From Chloroflexota bacterium (lineage in GTDB: Bacteria; Chloroflexota; UBA11872; VXOZ01), in assembly GCA_965220175.1 (NCBI GenBank), contig OZ244814.1, positions 1,952,390 to 2,016,389 of the forward strand: a stretch of DNA of 64,000 bases, given 5' to 3'. The notes beneath the pieces are model-generated. The model was not told the DNA's origin. It searched no databases and worked only from the letters and a program-made list of their open reading frames with translations. Positions 40,157-51,655 of the stretch are shown in pieces. The number at the start of each line of letters is the position of its first letter. The first letter of the stretch is position 1. The position numbers were made by a program, and so were the translations under genes.

Positions 40157-40723
40157 ATGCCCTTGCAACTCGCCGCCGTGCTTGAGGGGCTCTTGTTTGT
40201 CGCAGAGCGGCCGCTTACTATCCAGGAGATGGCACGGCTAACGCGCCAGCCGGCGCGAGGTGTGAAGTCAGCGCTCGAGGAGCTCAGGGTCGTTTGGCAG
40301 GACAGAGGGATGGTGCTGCAGGAGCAGAGCGGGGCATTCTTGCTCGTTTCGCATCCGGACGTGGCGCCGTATATTCGCGAATTGCTCGGCGTGCACCGCA
40401 ACGAGAGACTCTCCCGTGCCCCCCTCGAGACCCTTGCCGTAATCGCTTACTACCAGCCGGTAACGCGCGCAGAGATCGAACGTATACGCGGAGTGAATTC
40501 CGATCACACGCTGGCGGTGTTGCTTGGCCGGGAATTAGTTGTCGCTGGAGAGAGGCGCCCGACGCCGGGAAGACCGATTGAGTATAGCACTACCTTTGAA
40601 TTTTTGAAGTACTTCGGTCTTACCAGACTGGAAGACTTGCCGGAGCGAGAGCGGTTCCTCGCCGAATTGGCGGAATCCACGGCAGGCGCGGCCCCTGAGG
40701 TAGAGATGGGGCGGGATGCCTAG
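40157..40723 (+). CDS. scpB: Segregation and condensation protein B
   Basis: [37 protein letters not shown]. Confidence 0.95.
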   Translation: MPLQLAAVLEGLLFVAERPLTIQEMARLTRQPARGVKSALEELRVVWQDRGMVLQEQSGAFLLVSHPDVAPYIRELLGVHRNERLSRAPLETLAVIAYYQPVTRAEIERIRGVNSDHTLAVLLGRELVVAGERRPTPGRPIEYSTTFEFLKYFGLTRLEDLPERERFLAELAESTAGAAPEVEMGRDA

Positions 40724-41118
40724 CGCTTGGTATACTGCGGAGCCTTACGGGCTCGCTTCAGGCCGTACTTCTTGCGCTCTTTGACGCGCGCGTCGCGGGT
40801 GAGCAGACCGGCCTTTCGCAAACTCAGGCGGTACTGGTCATTCGCGTTGACCAGAGCTCGCGCCACACCATGGCGAATTGCTTCCGCCTGGCCGCTGATA
40901 CCGCCGCCTACTACTTTCGCGGAAACACGAAAGCTCGCGCCCACGAGATCCAGGGGTTCTTGCACGACATTTTGATGCATGATGCGTGGGAAGTAGTCTT
41001 CGAATGGGCGGCCGTTGACCACGATGCCGCGCTCGCCGCTATACAAACGGATGCGGGCTACCGCCTCTTTGCGCCGCCCAACCCCAACGTAATAGGCCGC
41101 GTTACCATCGCTACTCAT
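40720..41118 (-). CDS. rpsI: 30S ribosomal protein S9
   Basis: [35 protein letters not shown]. Confidence 0.98.
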   Translation of the reverse strand: MSSDGNAAYYVGVGRRKEAVARIRLYSGERGIVVNGRPFEDYFPRIMHQNVVQEPLDLVGASFRVSAKVVGGGISGQAEAIRHGVARALVNANDQYRLSLRKAGLLTRDARVKERKKYGLKRARKAPQYTKR

Positions 41119-41575
41119 CGGCAATTGCTCCTGTCATGCTCTCTTGAAATGGCACGGGCTGTTGGGCCTCGTGTGGATGCTCGGGTCCGCCGTAAACCTT
41201 GAGCTTCTTGAACTGCGCACGTCCCAGGCGATTGTGGGGCAGCATGCCCCGCACGGCGTGCTCTATGACGCGATCCGGATGCCGCTCCAACTGGTCTTCC
41301 AAGAGAATTGCGGAGAGGCCGCTTGGATACCCGGAGTGGCGGTAATAGGTCTTCTGCTCGCGCTTACGCCCGGTGACGGCGATTTGGGCGGCATTCACGA
41401 CTATCACATAGTCACCCGCATCGACATTTGGCGCGAATTGTGGCTTGTGCTTGCCACGCAGTACGTGCGCGATTTGCGAAGCAAGCCTGCCGAGTGTCTG
41501 TCCCGCAGCGTCCACAAGGTACCAACGGCGATCTACGTCGCCGGGACGCGTAACGGGAGTTGCCGAGGTCTTCAT
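41111..41575 (-). CDS. rplM: 50S ribosomal protein L13
   Basis: [27 protein letters not shown]. Confidence 0.98.
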   Translation of the reverse strand: MKTSATPVTRPGDVDRRWYLVDAAGQTLGRLASQIAHVLRGKHKPQFAPNVDAGDYVIVVNAAQIAVTGRKREQKTYYRHSGYPSGLSAILLEDQLERHPDRVIEHAVRGMLPHNRLGRAQFKKLKVYGGPEHPHEAQQPVPFQESMTGAIADE

Positions 41576-42330
41576 GTCTGTTGGTCCTCTTCTGTCGTCT
41601 CTAAGCCGAGCGTATCAGGGTAAGTTACCCGGATCAAGAATAACCCTTTGGCCGGGGCCGTTGGCCCTGCCAGTGCTTTGCACTTTGATGTCAAAACTCG
41701 TTCCATGTGTTCGGTCGGTTGGCGGCCGTCTCCAATTTCCAAGGCAGTGCCGACGATCCGCCGCATCATATGGCGCAGAAAGGCATTCGCTTCCACCGTA
41801 ACGTGCACCATGTCGTCGCAGCGCCTGCAAGTGATGTCCGTCACAGTGCGTACGGTGCTGGCGTCGGGATCCTCTCCCGCGGTGAACGCTCGAAAGTCGT
41901 GCGTGCCCACGAGAGACTGCAGCCCAGTGTGCATTGCGTCGGCGTCCAGCGGTCTACTTCGATGTAGGGCAAAGCGGTGCTGGATCGGAGATCGGGTCGC
42001 GCAATTCAATACTGCGTACCGGTACTGTCTGCTCACCGCGCTGTAGCGGGCGTGGAAGCCTGCTACAGCTTGTTCCATTCCAGCTACGGCAATCGTGGGC
42101 GGCAACACCGCGTTCATTCCCCGCTCCAGTGCGTCGGGCGGATGGGGCCACGCCGCGCGAAAGTGAATTACTTGCCCGGTGGCGTGTACACCGGCGTCCG
42201 TCCGACCGGCAGGTACAACTCGAGCCGGTTGCCGCGTAATGCGCTCAATTGCCTTCTCCAACACTCCCTGGACTGTGGGTCTGCCGATCTGCAACTGGAA
42301 GCCACAGTATGGTGTGCCGTCGTACGCCAC
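41572..42330 (-). CDS. truA: tRNA pseudouridine(38-40) synthase; true start lies upstream
   Basis: [33 protein letters not shown]. Confidence 0.96.
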   Translation of the reverse strand: MAYDGTPYCGFQLQIGRPTVQGVLEKAIERITRQPARVVPAGRTDAGVHATGQVIHFRAAWPHPPDALERGMNAVLPPTIAVAGMEQAVAGFHARYSAVSRQYRYAVLNCATRSPIQHRFALHRSRPLDADAMHTGLQSLVGTHDFRAFTAGEDPDASTVRTVTDITCRRCDDMVHVTVEANAFLRHMMRRIVGTALEIGDGRQPTEHMERVLTSKCKALAGPTAPAKGLFLIRVTYPDTLGLETTEEDQQT

Positions 42331-42474
42331 AATACAGCGGAATGTCTCAAGTTCACTTGCCGCTTTGCGAGCGCCTATTATGTTTTCCTTCCTGCGTGCC
42401 CTTTCGTTTGCTGCGTGCCTATGTTACAGGATGCGAGAGCGATTTGGGCCCTCCAAGATTCCAGATTGAGAGGA

Positions 42475-42828
42475 TCACTCTACCAGTTGGACCATCATGA
42501 GTTGCGCGCCGTCGCCGCGCCGGGTGCCGAGCCGTAGAGTTCGCGTATACCCACCCGGTCTCTCAGCATACCGCGGGCCCAGCTCATCAAAGAGATGATG
42601 GACAGCCTCTTGATGAGGAAGGCGCGAAAGCGCTATACGCCTGGCGTGCAGATCGCCGCGCTTTGCCAATGTAATCAGCCGCTCAACACGTGAACGAACT
42701 TCCTTGGCGCGGGCAGACGTAGTATGGACTTCGCCGTTCAGCACGAGCGTACTGAGCAAGCTGCGGCACAGCGCTTCGCGCTTGCTTTTGTCCCGGTTTA
42801 GCCTGCGGACGTAAACCCTCTTTCTCAC
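42475..42828 (-). CDS. rplQ: 50S ribosomal protein L17
   Basis: ERLITLAK, RPGGYTR, RRGDGA. Confidence 0.97.
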   Translation of the reverse strand: MRKRVYVRRLNRDKSKREALCRSLLSTLVLNGEVHTTSARAKEVRSRVERLITLAKRGDLHARRIALSRLPHQEAVHHLFDELGPRYAERPGGYTRTLRLGTRRGDGAQLMMVQLVE

Positions 42829-43790
42829 ACGGGCACCTCCTCAATTTCCTCGGCACCGCCGGTGCCATTAGATTCCGTAAGGAAGAGGTCACTCTGTGCC
42901 AGTTTCTCTTTGACCTCAGATAATGTCTTCGCACCGAGGCCCTGGATCTTCAGGAGGCTATCTTCATCCATGGCGAGCAATTGCTCGACGGTGCTGATGC
43001 CTCCGCGCCTTAGCGCATTGTACGCGCGGTTCTGGAGCTGCAGTGATTCCAGCGGCGTTGTGGTAACCGGATCCGGCCGAGCAATCCCTACTTCAATGCG
43101 TTGTGCAAGGGGGTGGAAGTCGCGGACAAGCGAAAAGTAGTCGCACAGAATCTGTCCGCTCTGGCCCAGGGCGGTCTCCGGCGTGAGCGTGCCGTCAGTC
43201 CACACACGCAGGATGAGAGCGTCCAAGTCGGTCATCTGACCGACGCGGGCATGTTCCACCCGGTATTCGACGCGGCGGATCGGCGTGAAAATGGCGTCTA
43301 CGGGAACGACACCGATCGGCGTGTCTTCTTGCGTATCGGACAGTGTAAAGCCGATGCCCTGTTCCACCGTCAGATACATCTCCAATTCCGCGCTCTCCGA
43401 GTCCAGCGTTGCGATTATCTGCTCAGGATTGACGATAGTGACCTCGGGCGGGCACTGAATATCCGAAGCCGTCGCAACGCCTTCACTATTGACGGAAAGA
43501 TAGAGCTCCACCGGATGATCGGCCGCACAAGTCAGTCGAATGCGTTTGATATTGAGTATGATCTGCGTGACGTCTTCAGTCACCCCGGGAATGTCAGCGA
43601 ACTCGTGAAGTACTCCGGTAATGCGGATAGAAGAGATGGCAGCGCCGGGAAGCGATGAGAGCAACACTCGCCGCATAGCGTTTCCCAACGTGTGGCCGTA
43701 GCCGCGCTTTAATGGCTCAACGCGAAAGTGGCCGTAGTTTTCTTCACTTTCGATAACTCTGACTTCAGGCTGTACTTCCTGCAGTTCCAA
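42825..43790 (-). CDS. rpoA: RNA polymerase alpha subunit
   Basis: EPLKRGYGHTLGNAMRRVLLSSLPG, VDAIFTP, alpha-CTD. Confidence 0.98.
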   Translation of the reverse strand: MELQEVQPEVRVIESEENYGHFRVEPLKRGYGHTLGNAMRRVLLSSLPGAAISSIRITGVLHEFADIPGVTEDVTQIILNIKRIRLTCAADHPVELYLSVNSEGVATASDIQCPPEVTIVNPEQIIATLDSESAELEMYLTVEQGIGFTLSDTQEDTPIGVVPVDAIFTPIRRVEYRVEHARVGQMTDLDALILRVWTDGTLTPETALGQSGQILCDYFSLVRDFHPLAQRIEVGIARPDPVTTTPLESLQLQNRAYNALRRGGISTVEQLLAMDEDSLLKIQGLGAKTLSEVKEKLAQSDLFLTESNGTGGAEEIEEVPV

Positions 43791-43877
43791 TGGGAATTAC
43801 CTCCCAGTAAACGGATATGCTCGTAATTTATGCAAAGTGTGGCTGCCGTACCCGGGCACTTTAGTAGAGCGGTCGGA

Positions 43878-44513
43878 CTACCGCCGAGAGTAGTACTCGA
43901 CGATCAGTTGTTCGTTGAGGTCAGCGTCGATTTCCTGACGTGCCGGCAACGCAAGCACCTTGCCTTCCAGTTTCTCGCGGTCAAGGGTGAGCCAGTTCGG
44001 CACTGCCACAGAATCCAGCCGCTCGGCGGCAGTCTTGAAGTACTCGTTATTGCGGCTGTTTCCATTCACGGATACCACGTCGCCTTCCGCCAGGAGGGCC
44101 GATGGGATGTCGCACTTCCGGCCATTGAGGGCGAAGTGACCGTGTCGCACAATCTGGCGTGCCGCAGCGCGCGAGGATGCAAAGCCGAGGCGATAGACAA
44201 CATTATCCAGCCGACTCTCAAGCAATTGAAGGAGAGTTGCACCGGTAACACCGGGACGGGAGGTCGCAAGCGCAAAATACTTCCGAAACTGGCGCTCAAA
44301 TATGCCATACATGCGCCGGGCCTTCTGCTTCTCCCGCAAGCGCGTGCCGTAGTCTGACAGCCGGCGGCGCATCGCACCTGCACCGTGCATGCCCGGCGGG
44401 TTCTTGCGCTTTTCAACCGGGCACTTGGGTGTGAAGCACTTGTCGCCTTTCAGGAACAGCTTCTGTCCTTCCCGGCGGCACAGCCGACACACGGGGCCAA
44501 CATATCGTGCCAT
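43878..44513 (-). CDS. rpsD: 30S ribosomal protein S4
   Basis: [33 protein letters not shown]. Confidence 0.98.
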   Translation of the reverse strand: MARYVGPVCRLCRREGQKLFLKGDKCFTPKCPVEKRKNPPGMHGAGAMRRRLSDYGTRLREKQKARRMYGIFERQFRKYFALATSRPGVTGATLLQLLESRLDNVVYRLGFASSRAAARQIVRHGHFALNGRKCDIPSALLAEGDVVSVNGNSRNNEYFKTAAERLDSVAVPNWLTLDREKLEGKVLALPARQEIDADLNEQLIVEYYSRR

Positions 44514-44540
44514 ATCCTCTCCTCAGAACTCCTGTATTTA

Positions 44541-44930
44541 CTAAACGCGCCTGCGCCGGGGCGGGCGTGGGCCGTTGTGTGGCACTGGCGTGACGTCGAT
44601 GATGCTCATAACTTGCAGGCCACCTGCCTGGAGCGATCGGATAGCCGATTCTCGCCCCGATCCCGGCCCCTTGATGGAGACTTCCACTTGCCCCATGCCA
44701 AAGTCCGCTGCTTTTCGTGCTACCGTCTCTGCGGCAACTTGGGCCGCGTACGGCGTTCCCTTGCGAGAACCCTTGAATCCAGCCGACCCGGAGCTCGCCC
44801 AGCACAGCGTATTTCCGTTCATGTCGGTGATCGTAATCAGAGTATTGTTGAACGTGGACTGTATAAACGCCTTACCGCGTGCAACGGTGCGTCTTTCTCG
44901 TCTGCGTGGACGTGAGCGTGTTTCCGGCAT
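44541..44930 (-). CDS. rpsK: 30S ribosomal protein S11
   Basis: [22 protein letters not shown]. Confidence 0.98.
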   Translation of the reverse strand: MPETRSRPRRRERRTVARGKAFIQSTFNNTLITITDMNGNTLCWASSGSAGFKGSRKGTPYAAQVAAETVARKAADFGMGQVEVSIKGPGSGRESAIRSLQAGGLQVMSIIDVTPVPHNGPRPPRRRRV

Positions 44931-44949
44931 TAGCTGAATTCCCCAATAA

Positions 44950-45333
44950 CTACTTCTTCATAACTGCCCGTTTGCGGCCGGCCACGGTCTTGGGCCGACC
45001 CTTACGCGTGCGCGCGTTCGTCCGCGTGCGCTGGCCGTGGGCAGGCAGGCCGCGCCGGTGGCGCATGCCGCGGTAGCAGCCAATTTCGATGAGCCGTCCG
45101 ATGTTTTGTTGCACTTCCCGCCGGAGGTCGCCTTCCACAATGTGGTTGGCGGTAATCACCTCGCGAATGCGGTTGACCTCATCTTCCGTGAGGTCCTGCA
45201 CCTTAGTATCCGGCATGACTTGGGCGCGCTCCAGTATCTTGTAGGACGTGGTGCGCCCAATACCGTAAATATACGTAAGCCCCACCCAAATGTGTTTCTC
45301 GCGCGGCAGGTCTACGCCGACAATCCGTGCCAT
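44950..45333 (-). CDS. rpsM: 30S ribosomal protein S13
   Basis: [29 protein letters not shown]. Confidence 0.98.
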   Translation of the reverse strand: MARIVGVDLPREKHIWVGLTYIYGIGRTTSYKILERAQVMPDTKVQDLTEDEVNRIREVITANHIVEGDLRREVQQNIGRLIEIGCYRGMRHRRGLPAHGQRTRTNARTRKGRPKTVAGRKRAVMKK

Positions 45334-45386
45334 GCTGCTCCTCCTGTGAACGGCTTCAAGTCCACTGTGGCTCGCAGTTCTCCTGA

Positions 45387-45503
45387 TTAACCCTGTCGCT
45401 GCTTGTGCTTAGGATTGGCCGTGCAGATGATGCGCACAACCCGTTTGCGGCGCACCACCTTGCACTGTTCGCAGCGCGGTTTAACTGATGCTTGTACTTT
45501 CAT
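45387..45503 (-). CDS. rpmJ: 50S ribosomal protein L36 (not in ORF track)
   Basis: Hand translation [38 protein letters not shown]. Confidence 0.97.
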   Translation of the reverse strand: MKVQASVKPRCEQCKVVRRKRVVRIICTANPKHKQRQG

Positions 45504-45508
45504 GTCTG

Positions 45509-45733
45509 TTATCTCCTCCCTCGCCACGTAATCCTGCCACGGGTGAGATCATAGGGCGAGAGCTCCACCGTAACGCGATCTCCCGCGCCAACCCGAATGA
45601 AATTCAACCGCAGCTTGCCGGAGAGATGTGCTGTGACTTCATGTCCGTTATCAAGTTCGACACGAAAGACTGCATTGGGTAAGACGTCTTGCACGACGCC
45701 CTCGATTTCAATCGTGTCTTTCTTCTTCGGCAC
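45509..45733 (-). CDS. infA: Translation initiation factor IF-1
   Basis: [32 protein letters not shown]; GTG start. Confidence 0.97.
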   Translation of the reverse strand: MPKKKDTIEIEGVVQDVLPNAVFRVELDNGHEVTAHLSGKLRLNFIRVGAGDRVTVELSPYDLTRGRITWRGRR

Positions 45734-45756
45734 CGCAAACTCCATGCATATCCCGG

Positions 45757-46521
45757 CTACGCTACTTGCGTAAGGATCTCCGGGCCGTTGCTTGTTATCG
45801 CTATCGAGTGCTCGTAATGGGCAGAGAGGCTGCCATCCGCGGTCACGGCAGTCCAACCATCGTCGAGCACCTTAACATGCCAATCCCCGACAGAAACCAT
45901 TGGCTCGATTGCAATGGTCATGCCGGGTTGCAGCCTGACCCCCGCTCCCGCTTCACCGAAGTTCGGCACTTGCGGGGCTTCATGCATCACTTTCCCAATG
46001 CCATGTCCGACAAAGTCCCTTATTACGGCAAGACCTTGTGCCTCCACCCAAGACTGGATGGCGAAACCGATGTCGCCAAGGTGATTGTCCGGCACGGCGG
46101 CCGCAATTCCGCGGTGCAGCGCTTCCTTCGTCGCGCCCATGACGCGAGCCGCTTCTGCGCTCGCCGGGCCGACCGCATGGGTCACTGCCGCGTCGCCATG
46201 CCACCCTTTGTAAATGGCACCTACGTCAATACTGAGAATGTCACCTTCTTCCAACCGATACTCGCCCGGAATTCCGTGCACAATCTGCTCATTGACCGAC
46301 GCGCATATCGTGCACGGGTACCCGTGGTACCCCTTGAAAGACGGCACAGCCCCGCGCTTCTTTATCTCGGCTTCTGCCAGTGCGTCCAACTCTGCCGTTG
46401 TCGCGCCAGGCACAATATGCTCGCCGAGGAGCGCAAGGACTTCTGCTACTATCTTACCCGCCTGACGCATGATACGCAACTGTCGCGGTGTTTTGAGTTG
46501 TATCGCCCGTGTCATCTGCAC
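45757..46521 (-). CDS. map: Methionine aminopeptidase type I
   Basis: [30 protein letters not shown]. Confidence 0.97.
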   Translation of the reverse strand: MQMTRAIQLKTPRQLRIMRQAGKIVAEVLALLGEHIVPGATTAELDALAEAEIKKRGAVPSFKGYHGYPCTICASVNEQIVHGIPGEYRLEEGDILSIDVGAIYKGWHGDAAVTHAVGPASAEAARVMGATKEALHRGIAAAVPDNHLGDIGFAIQSWVEAQGLAVIRDFVGHGIGKVMHEAPQVPNFGEAGAGVRLQPGMTIAIEPMVSVGDWHVKVLDDGWTAVTADGSLSAHYEHSIAITSNGPEILTQVA

Positions 46522-46548
46522 CTGCTCAGCACCTGCACAATGGTGGAT

Positions 46549-47301
46549 TCACTGCAAGCCGATCTCGCTCAGCACGCATTCGATCTTCTCTGTAACGTCC
46601 TCGATTGACCCGCTCCCGTCAATACTTCGCAACAAGTGTCTGTCCGCATAGAACTCAAGGAGCGGTTTCGTCTGGGCGTTATACGTTGCAATGCGTTTCC
46701 GCACTGTTTCGGGTCGGTCGTCAACCCGCTGCTGGAGGGGAAGACCGTCCACGTCGCACCGGCCGGCAACGGCCGGCGGGTTCTTTACGGTGTGGAACGT
46801 ATGGCCTTCCGGGCAAACGCGGCGTCCCTGGGCACGTTCTACGATTTCTTCCGTTTCAGTGATGAGAACGATGGCTGTGCCGATCTTCTGCCCTAGTTCA
46901 GCGAGCATTTCTTCGAGCGCTTCGGCTTGCGCCACGGTTCGAGGAAATCCATCCAGCACAGTGCCTCTTCCAAAGCTGTCGAGAGAGAGTTCCTCTCTGA
47001 CCATGGCGATTACCAGATGGTCCGGCACATACTCTCCCTTGTCGTAATGGACCTTGGCCTGGAGTCCTAACGGCGTCTGTTTCTGCATGTTTTGGCGAAA
47101 GAGCTCACCTGAGGAAATATGGCGCAATCCGAGACTTCCGGCAATGGCATGCGCCTGCGTGCCTTTCCCGGCGCCGGGCGGGCCCAGCAGGATGAGGTTA
47201 CACGTCTGCGGCTCATTGGTCCGCTGAGAGCCGGAAACTACCTGCTCTCCGGATGAAGCGTGCGGCACAGTCTGTGTCTCAGATGAATTCAGCTTGGGCA
47301 C
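46549..47301 (-). CDS. adk: Adenylate kinase
   Basis: GPPGAGKGTQA, LDGFPRT, LID domain. Confidence 0.97.
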   Translation of the reverse strand: MPKLNSSETQTVPHASSGEQVVSGSQRTNEPQTCNLILLGPPGAGKGTQAHAIAGSLGLRHISSGELFRQNMQKQTPLGLQAKVHYDKGEYVPDHLVIAMVREELSLDSFGRGTVLDGFPRTVAQAEALEEMLAELGQKIGTAIVLITETEEIVERAQGRRVCPEGHTFHTVKNPPAVAGRCDVDGLPLQQRVDDRPETVRKRIATYNAQTKPLLEFYADRHLLRSIDGSGSIEDVTEKIECVLSEIGLQ

Positions 47302-48638
47302 TAGCGCAAGAATCCTTCGTATTGGCGCATCATCAACTGAGCTTCCAAATTCTTCATGGTATCTTGCACGACTCCAACAACGATCAGCATTCCCGTACTG
47401 CTAAGCATGAGGGCCTGTACGCCGGTGAGTCCCTGAATGATGAAGGGCGAAACCGCAATGAGACCGAGAAAGAATGCGCCCGCCAGTGTTATGCGAAAGA
47501 TAACGCTATTCAAGTATGTGGCTGTGGGCCGGCCGGGCCGTATGCCCGGAATGAAGCCGCCATTCTTTTGCAGGACCTCCGGGATATTTTGCTGCTGAAA
47601 GATGATGGCGGTGTAGAAGAACGTAAAGGCGACCACGAGTAAGAAGTACAGGGTCCAGTAAAGCGGCGCTTGCGGGTCGAAGGCACGTATTACAAAGGCT
47701 GCGACACTCCTGATCCAACCGGCATCCGCCGCTTGGAAATAGCTGGCTACCGTGCTGGGGAAAATCAAGAAAGATATGGCAAAAATCAGGGGGATCATGC
47801 CCGCTGAATTGATCTTGAGCGGTATGTGGGTCGTTTGCCCGCCGTACTGGCGGCGGCCGTGCATGCGCTTGGCGTAATGAACGGGTATGCGACGCTGCGC
47901 CTCATACATCACCACGATACCGACCACGATGAGAATCGCGAGCGCGCCGATGATGAATAGGGTCAGGGTAGCCGTGCCGCCGGCTTGGCCGAACACGGCC
48001 TGGCCGATGGTAGTGGGCAAGCGCGCCACAATGCCGGCGAAGATGATGAGCGAAATGCCTTGGCCGATGCCGTTCTCCGTAATCAGCTCGCCAAGCCAGA
48101 CGAGAAACATGGTGCCGGCGGTCATGCTGACGATGAGGGCAAGACTGCTAAGAAACGTCGGGCCGCTGAAGAGATTGAATCCGCGAATGACGCCCATTTG
48201 CGAAAAAATCGTCGCCTGTCCGAATGCGGACATGACCGCCAGCGGCACGGTGCCGATGCGCATGTATTGATTCATCTTGGCCCGGCCGCTCTCGCCGCCT
48301 TCTCGTGACAGCGCCTGCAACTGCGGGATGACCGGTGTCATGAGCTGCATGATGATGGTGGCGGTAATGTACGGATACACGCCCATGGCCACGATGGAGA
48401 AGTTGGCGAGCGCTCCTCCCGAGAACATGTCGAGCAGTCCAAGGAACTGTTGTTGCTGAAAGAGTTCCCTGAGCGCCTGACGATCCACGCCCGGCACGGG
48501 AATGTGCGCGGCGAACCGGAATACGGTAAGCAAGCCGAGAGTGAAGATCAGCTTGCGCCGGATATCGGGGAGCTTGAACGCGTTATAGGCGGCCTGAATG
48601 AGTGACGGCGACTTCTGTGAAGGGGTGGAAACTGCCAC
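47301..48638 (-). CDS. secY: Preprotein translocase subunit SecY
   Basis: MGVYPYITATI, GIGQGISLIIF, IPGIRPG. Confidence 0.98.
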   Translation of the reverse strand: MAVSTPSQKSPSLIQAAYNAFKLPDIRRKLIFTLGLLTVFRFAAHIPVPGVDRQALRELFQQQQFLGLLDMFSGGALANFSIVAMGVYPYITATIIMQLMTPVIPQLQALSREGGESGRAKMNQYMRIGTVPLAVMSAFGQATIFSQMGVIRGFNLFSGPTFLSSLALIVSMTAGTMFLVWLGELITENGIGQGISLIIFAGIVARLPTTIGQAVFGQAGGTATLTLFIIGALAILIVVGIVVMYEAQRRIPVHYAKRMHGRRQYGGQTTHIPLKINSAGMIPLIFAISFLIFPSTVASYFQAADAGWIRSVAAFVIRAFDPQAPLYWTLYFLLVVAFTFFYTAIIFQQQNIPEVLQKNGGFIPGIRPGRPTATYLNSVIFRITLAGAFFLGLIAVSPFIIQGLTGVQALMLSSTGMLIVVGVVQDTMKNLEAQLMMRQYEGFLR

Positions 48639-48644
48639 GCGGCG

Positions 48645-49088
48645 TTACCCTTCCGTTGCGGTGCCGTCAGCAGCCTCAATCTTGGCGCGTGCGGACTGAG
48701 AGAACTTGGGTGCCTGCACGTTAAGCGAGTGAGCGAGGTCACCGCCTCCAAGCACCTTAATCTGTGTGGAACGGGCCAAACCCTGCGCCACCATGTCAGG
48801 CGGCGTTACCGTTGAACCGGCTGGGAACACGCGGGCAAGATCACCCACATTGACCGGTTGGTAAACGACGCGAAATCGGGCATTGCTGAAGCCACGCCGG
48901 TGCGGCAGTCGCCGCACAAAGGGGGTCTGCCCGCCTTCAAACCATGCAGGTATGCTGGCACCGGAGCGGGACTTCTGCCCTTTGGTACCGCGCCCGGCAG
49001 TCTTGTGCCCGTGTCCGCCATGGCCGCGGGCGACGCGCTTGCGGCGACGCCTGGCGCCGTCGGGAGCGCGGAGCGCATGTCTTTCCAT
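48645..49088 (-). CDS. rplO: 50S ribosomal protein L15
   Basis: GRGTKGQKSRSG, FEGGQTP. Confidence 0.97.
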   Translation of the reverse strand: MERHALRAPDGARRRRKRVARGHGGHGHKTAGRGTKGQKSRSGASIPAWFEGGQTPFVRRLPHRRGFSNARFRVVYQPVNVGDLARVFPAGSTVTPPDMVAQGLARSTQIKVLGGGDLAHSLNVQAPKFSQSARAKIEAADGTATEG

Positions 49089-49140
49089 GCGAGCTTCTTC
49101 CTCTTCTACTTCCTGAATGCCTACGAGAATTCCTTGAAGT

Positions 49141-49200
49141 TTACGAGGTCTCCTCGACGTCTACGAGGTCTCCTCGACGTCTACGAGGTCTCCTCGACGT
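49141..49200. repeat. Three tandem 20-bp repeats overlapping the rpmD stop codon
   Basis: (C/T)TACGAGGTCTCCTCGACGT x3. Confidence 0.95.
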
Positions 49201-49402
49201 CCACGAGATGAGCGACTTTCTTGATCATCCCGCGCACGGTCGGTGATTCGTCGTGTACTACAGACTGTTCGCGTTTCTTCAGTCCCAGGGCTGCTACCGT
49301 CTGCTTCTGGTCTTTCGAAAAGCCAATGGGACTCTTGCGCAAGGTAATGCGCAGTGTTTTCGACGAAGTCGGCGTCTTTGACGAAGTCGGCTTAGCTGCC
49401 AT
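49181..49402 (-). CDS. rpmD: 50S ribosomal protein L30
   Basis: [29 protein letters not shown]. Confidence 0.97.
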   Translation of the reverse strand: MAAKPTSSKTPTSSKTLRITLRKSPIGFSKDQKQTVAALGLKKREQSVVHDESPTVRGMIKKVAHLVDVEETS

Positions 49403-49976
49403 TGTCTTCGTCCTCTGCCTCGGCTACCGCCACAACGGCGGCGGCTGCGTCGGCACTAACTTCCTCCGGCTGCCGCCGCTGAGACTTGAGCCTGCCAAGG
49501 CGGGAGTATGCCTGGTCCGGACTCTGCAGTTGCTCAAGCGCCGTCATCGTTGCTTTCACCACGTTTATCGCGTTGTTGGATCCGAGCGACTTGGTAAGGA
49601 TGTCGTGCACGCCAGCGCATTCTACAACCGCGCGCACCGGACCGCCGGCAATCACGCCCGTGCCTGGCGCCGCTGGTTTGAGCATCACTCGCGAGGCGCC
49701 GTACTTTGCGGTTATATCATGGGGGATGGTGGTGCCCGCCAGAGGTACGCGCACAAGGGCCTTCCGCGCCTTTTCACCGCCTTTGCGAATTGCTTCTGAC
49801 ACTTCGCGCGCTTTCCCAATGCCGATGCCAACGTGACCGGCCTCGTCGCCTACCACGACAACTGCGTTGAAACTGAAGGTGCGCCCGCCCCGCACGACCT
49901 TAGCCACACGATTGACATTGACCAGGCGCTCTACAAGGTTCAACGACGCTGGATCGATGGTAACGCTCTCTGGCAT
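49392..49976 (-). CDS. rpsE: 30S ribosomal protein S5
   Basis: [27 protein letters not shown]. Confidence 0.98.
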   Translation of the reverse strand: MPESVTIDPASLNLVERLVNVNRVAKVVRGGRTFSFNAVVVVGDEAGHVGIGIGKAREVSEAIRKGGEKARKALVRVPLAGTTIPHDITAKYGASRVMLKPAAPGTGVIAGGPVRAVVECAGVHDILTKSLGSNNAINVVKATMTALEQLQSPDQAYSRLGRLKSQRRQPEEVSADAAAAVVAVAEAEDEDNGS

Positions 49977-49997
49977 AGTACTCTTTGCCTCACTCAG

Positions 49998-50375
49998 TTA
50001 GAACTTTAGTCCCGCTTCCCGGGCCGCTTCCGCAAGGGCCCGGACCCGGCCGTGATACCGGTAGCCTCCGCGATCAAACACCACGGTTTCAACGCCTTTT
50101 TCACGCGCTCTCTCTGCCACGATACGACCGACCACGGCGGCCTGCGCATGCTTTGGCTGACTCTCTTCAAGCGCTTCCCGCACTGACGCATCGAGGCTAG
50201 AAGCCGCGGCGACGGTGTGGTGAGACGTATCGTCGACGATCTGAGCATAGATGTGTTGGTTGCTGCGAAAGACGTTAAGACGGGGCCTCGCCGCCACGCC
50301 GCTGACCTTCGCGCGTACCCGGCGCTGCCGCCGCGCCCGGGCGCCCAGCGCTTTTCTTCCTCGCATCAAACGCAT
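49998..50375 (-). CDS. rplR: 50S ribosomal protein L18
   Basis: [30 protein letters not shown]. Confidence 0.98.
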   Translation of the reverse strand: MRLMRGRKALGARARRQRRVRAKVSGVAARPRLNVFRSNQHIYAQIVDDTSHHTVAAASSLDASVREALEESQPKHAQAAVVGRIVAERAREKGVETVVFDRGGYRYHGRVRALAEAAREAGLKF

Positions 50376-50443
50376 ACTTTATTTCCATCCAAGAGTGCTT
50401 GCGAAGCGGACCTGTGTTTCTCGCTCGTTCTGACCGACGACCG

Positions 50444-50995
50444 CTACTCGCCGGCGCCGACCTTGCCGGCTTTACCGGCTTTGCGGCGCACGTACTCGCC
50501 GCGGTAGCGAATACCCTTGCCAAGATAGATTTCCACCGGACGCGCGGCGCGGATGTCTGCCGCAACCTGACCGACCAGCTTCTTGTCAATACCGTCAATG
50601 TGAATCGTGGTTGGATTCTCGACCTCAAGGCTGATGCCTTGCGGTGGACTGAATTCATCGGGGTGCGAATGACCCAATTGCATTACCAGCTTGCTCCCGG
50701 CGAGCTGGGCACGATATCCCGTACCATGCAATTCTAGGGTTTTCCGATACCCTTGCGTAACCCCCTCAATCATATTTGCGACCAAGGCGCGAGTGAGACC
50801 GTGGAGGGCACGGACTTCCCGGCTCTCATCGGAACGGTCAACACGGACGGCTCCCTCTTCAACGGCCACGCTGACGGAGGGTACTGTTTCAATCTCCAAC
50901 TCGCCTTTCGGTCCCTTTACGTGAACGGCTGACGCTCGCACGTTCACCTCCACGCCGCTGGGTATCGGAACCGGTTGTTTACCAACTCGAGACAT
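50444..50995 (-). CDS. rplF: 50S ribosomal protein L6
   Basis: MSRVGKQPV, VKGPKGEL, GKGIRY. Confidence 0.98.
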   Translation of the reverse strand: MSRVGKQPVPIPSGVEVNVRASAVHVKGPKGELEIETVPSVSVAVEEGAVRVDRSDESREVRALHGLTRALVANMIEGVTQGYRKTLELHGTGYRAQLAGSKLVMQLGHSHPDEFSPPQGISLEVENPTTIHIDGIDKKLVGQVAADIRAARPVEIYLGKGIRYRGEYVRRKAGKAGKVGAGE

Positions 50996-51006
50996 TGCGA
51001 TTTACC

Positions 51007-51408
51007 TTACCAGACGTAACAGAGAACTTCCCCGCCGACTTTGCGCTGCCAGGCCTCGCGACCGGTCATGACGCCTGAGGAAGTTGACAGAATAACCGTG
51101 CCAATGCCGCCCATTACTCGAGGGATTTCGTCCTTGCCCGCGTAAACGCGCAGTCCCGGCTTACTCACGCGTCGCAAGCCAAGCAGCACCGGCGCACGTT
51201 CATCAGTATATTTAAGGCTAACCTTAAGCATGGCCTGCGGGCTCTGTTGTTCCACGGTCTCGAAGGAACCGATGTATCCTTCCCTCTCGAGAATAGACAA
51301 GATTGCGGACTTCATCTTCGATGCCGGAATGGTCACGTGGGTATGTCGCGCCTGGATGGCGTTGCGGATCCGCGTCAGCATATCGGCAATGGGATCGGTC
51401 ATGGTCAT
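51007..51408 (-). CDS. rpsH: 30S ribosomal protein S8
   Basis: [30 protein letters not shown]. Confidence 0.98.
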   Translation of the reverse strand: MTMTDPIADMLTRIRNAIQARHTHVTIPASKMKSAILSILEREGYIGSFETVEQQSPQAMLKVSLKYTDERAPVLLGLRRVSKPGLRVYAGKDEIPRVMGGIGTVILSTSSGVMTGREAWQRKVGGEVLCYVW

Positions 51409-51432
51409 TGTTGCATTACTCTCGCGTGTGCA

Positions 51433-51642
51433 TTACCAGCTTGACTTTGTAACTCCAGGCAGCAAGCCTTGCAGCGCCGCTCCCCGAAAGCAGATGCGGC
51501 AGAGTCCGAACTTGCGCATGTACGCCCGCGGCCGCCCGCACTGATAGCAGCGGTTGCGAAACTTGACGGGATGCTTCATCCGGCCTTGTTCCAGCAGTTT
51601 CCTCTGTTTGCGCCACTTGGCAATCTTGGATTGCTTTGCCAC
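51433..51642 (-). CDS. rpsZ: 30S ribosomal protein S14, zinc-binding type
   Basis: RCYQCGRPR...[18 protein letters not shown]. Confidence 0.97.
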   Translation of the reverse strand: MAKQSKIAKWRKQRKLLEQGRMKHPVKFRNRCYQCGRPRAYMRKFGLCRICFRGAALQGLLPGVTKSSW

Positions 51643-51655
51643 GGGACTGCGTCTC

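Noticed and set aside
49141-49200. Mini CRISPR array
   Set aside because: Repeats are directly abutting with no spacers, and there are no cas genes
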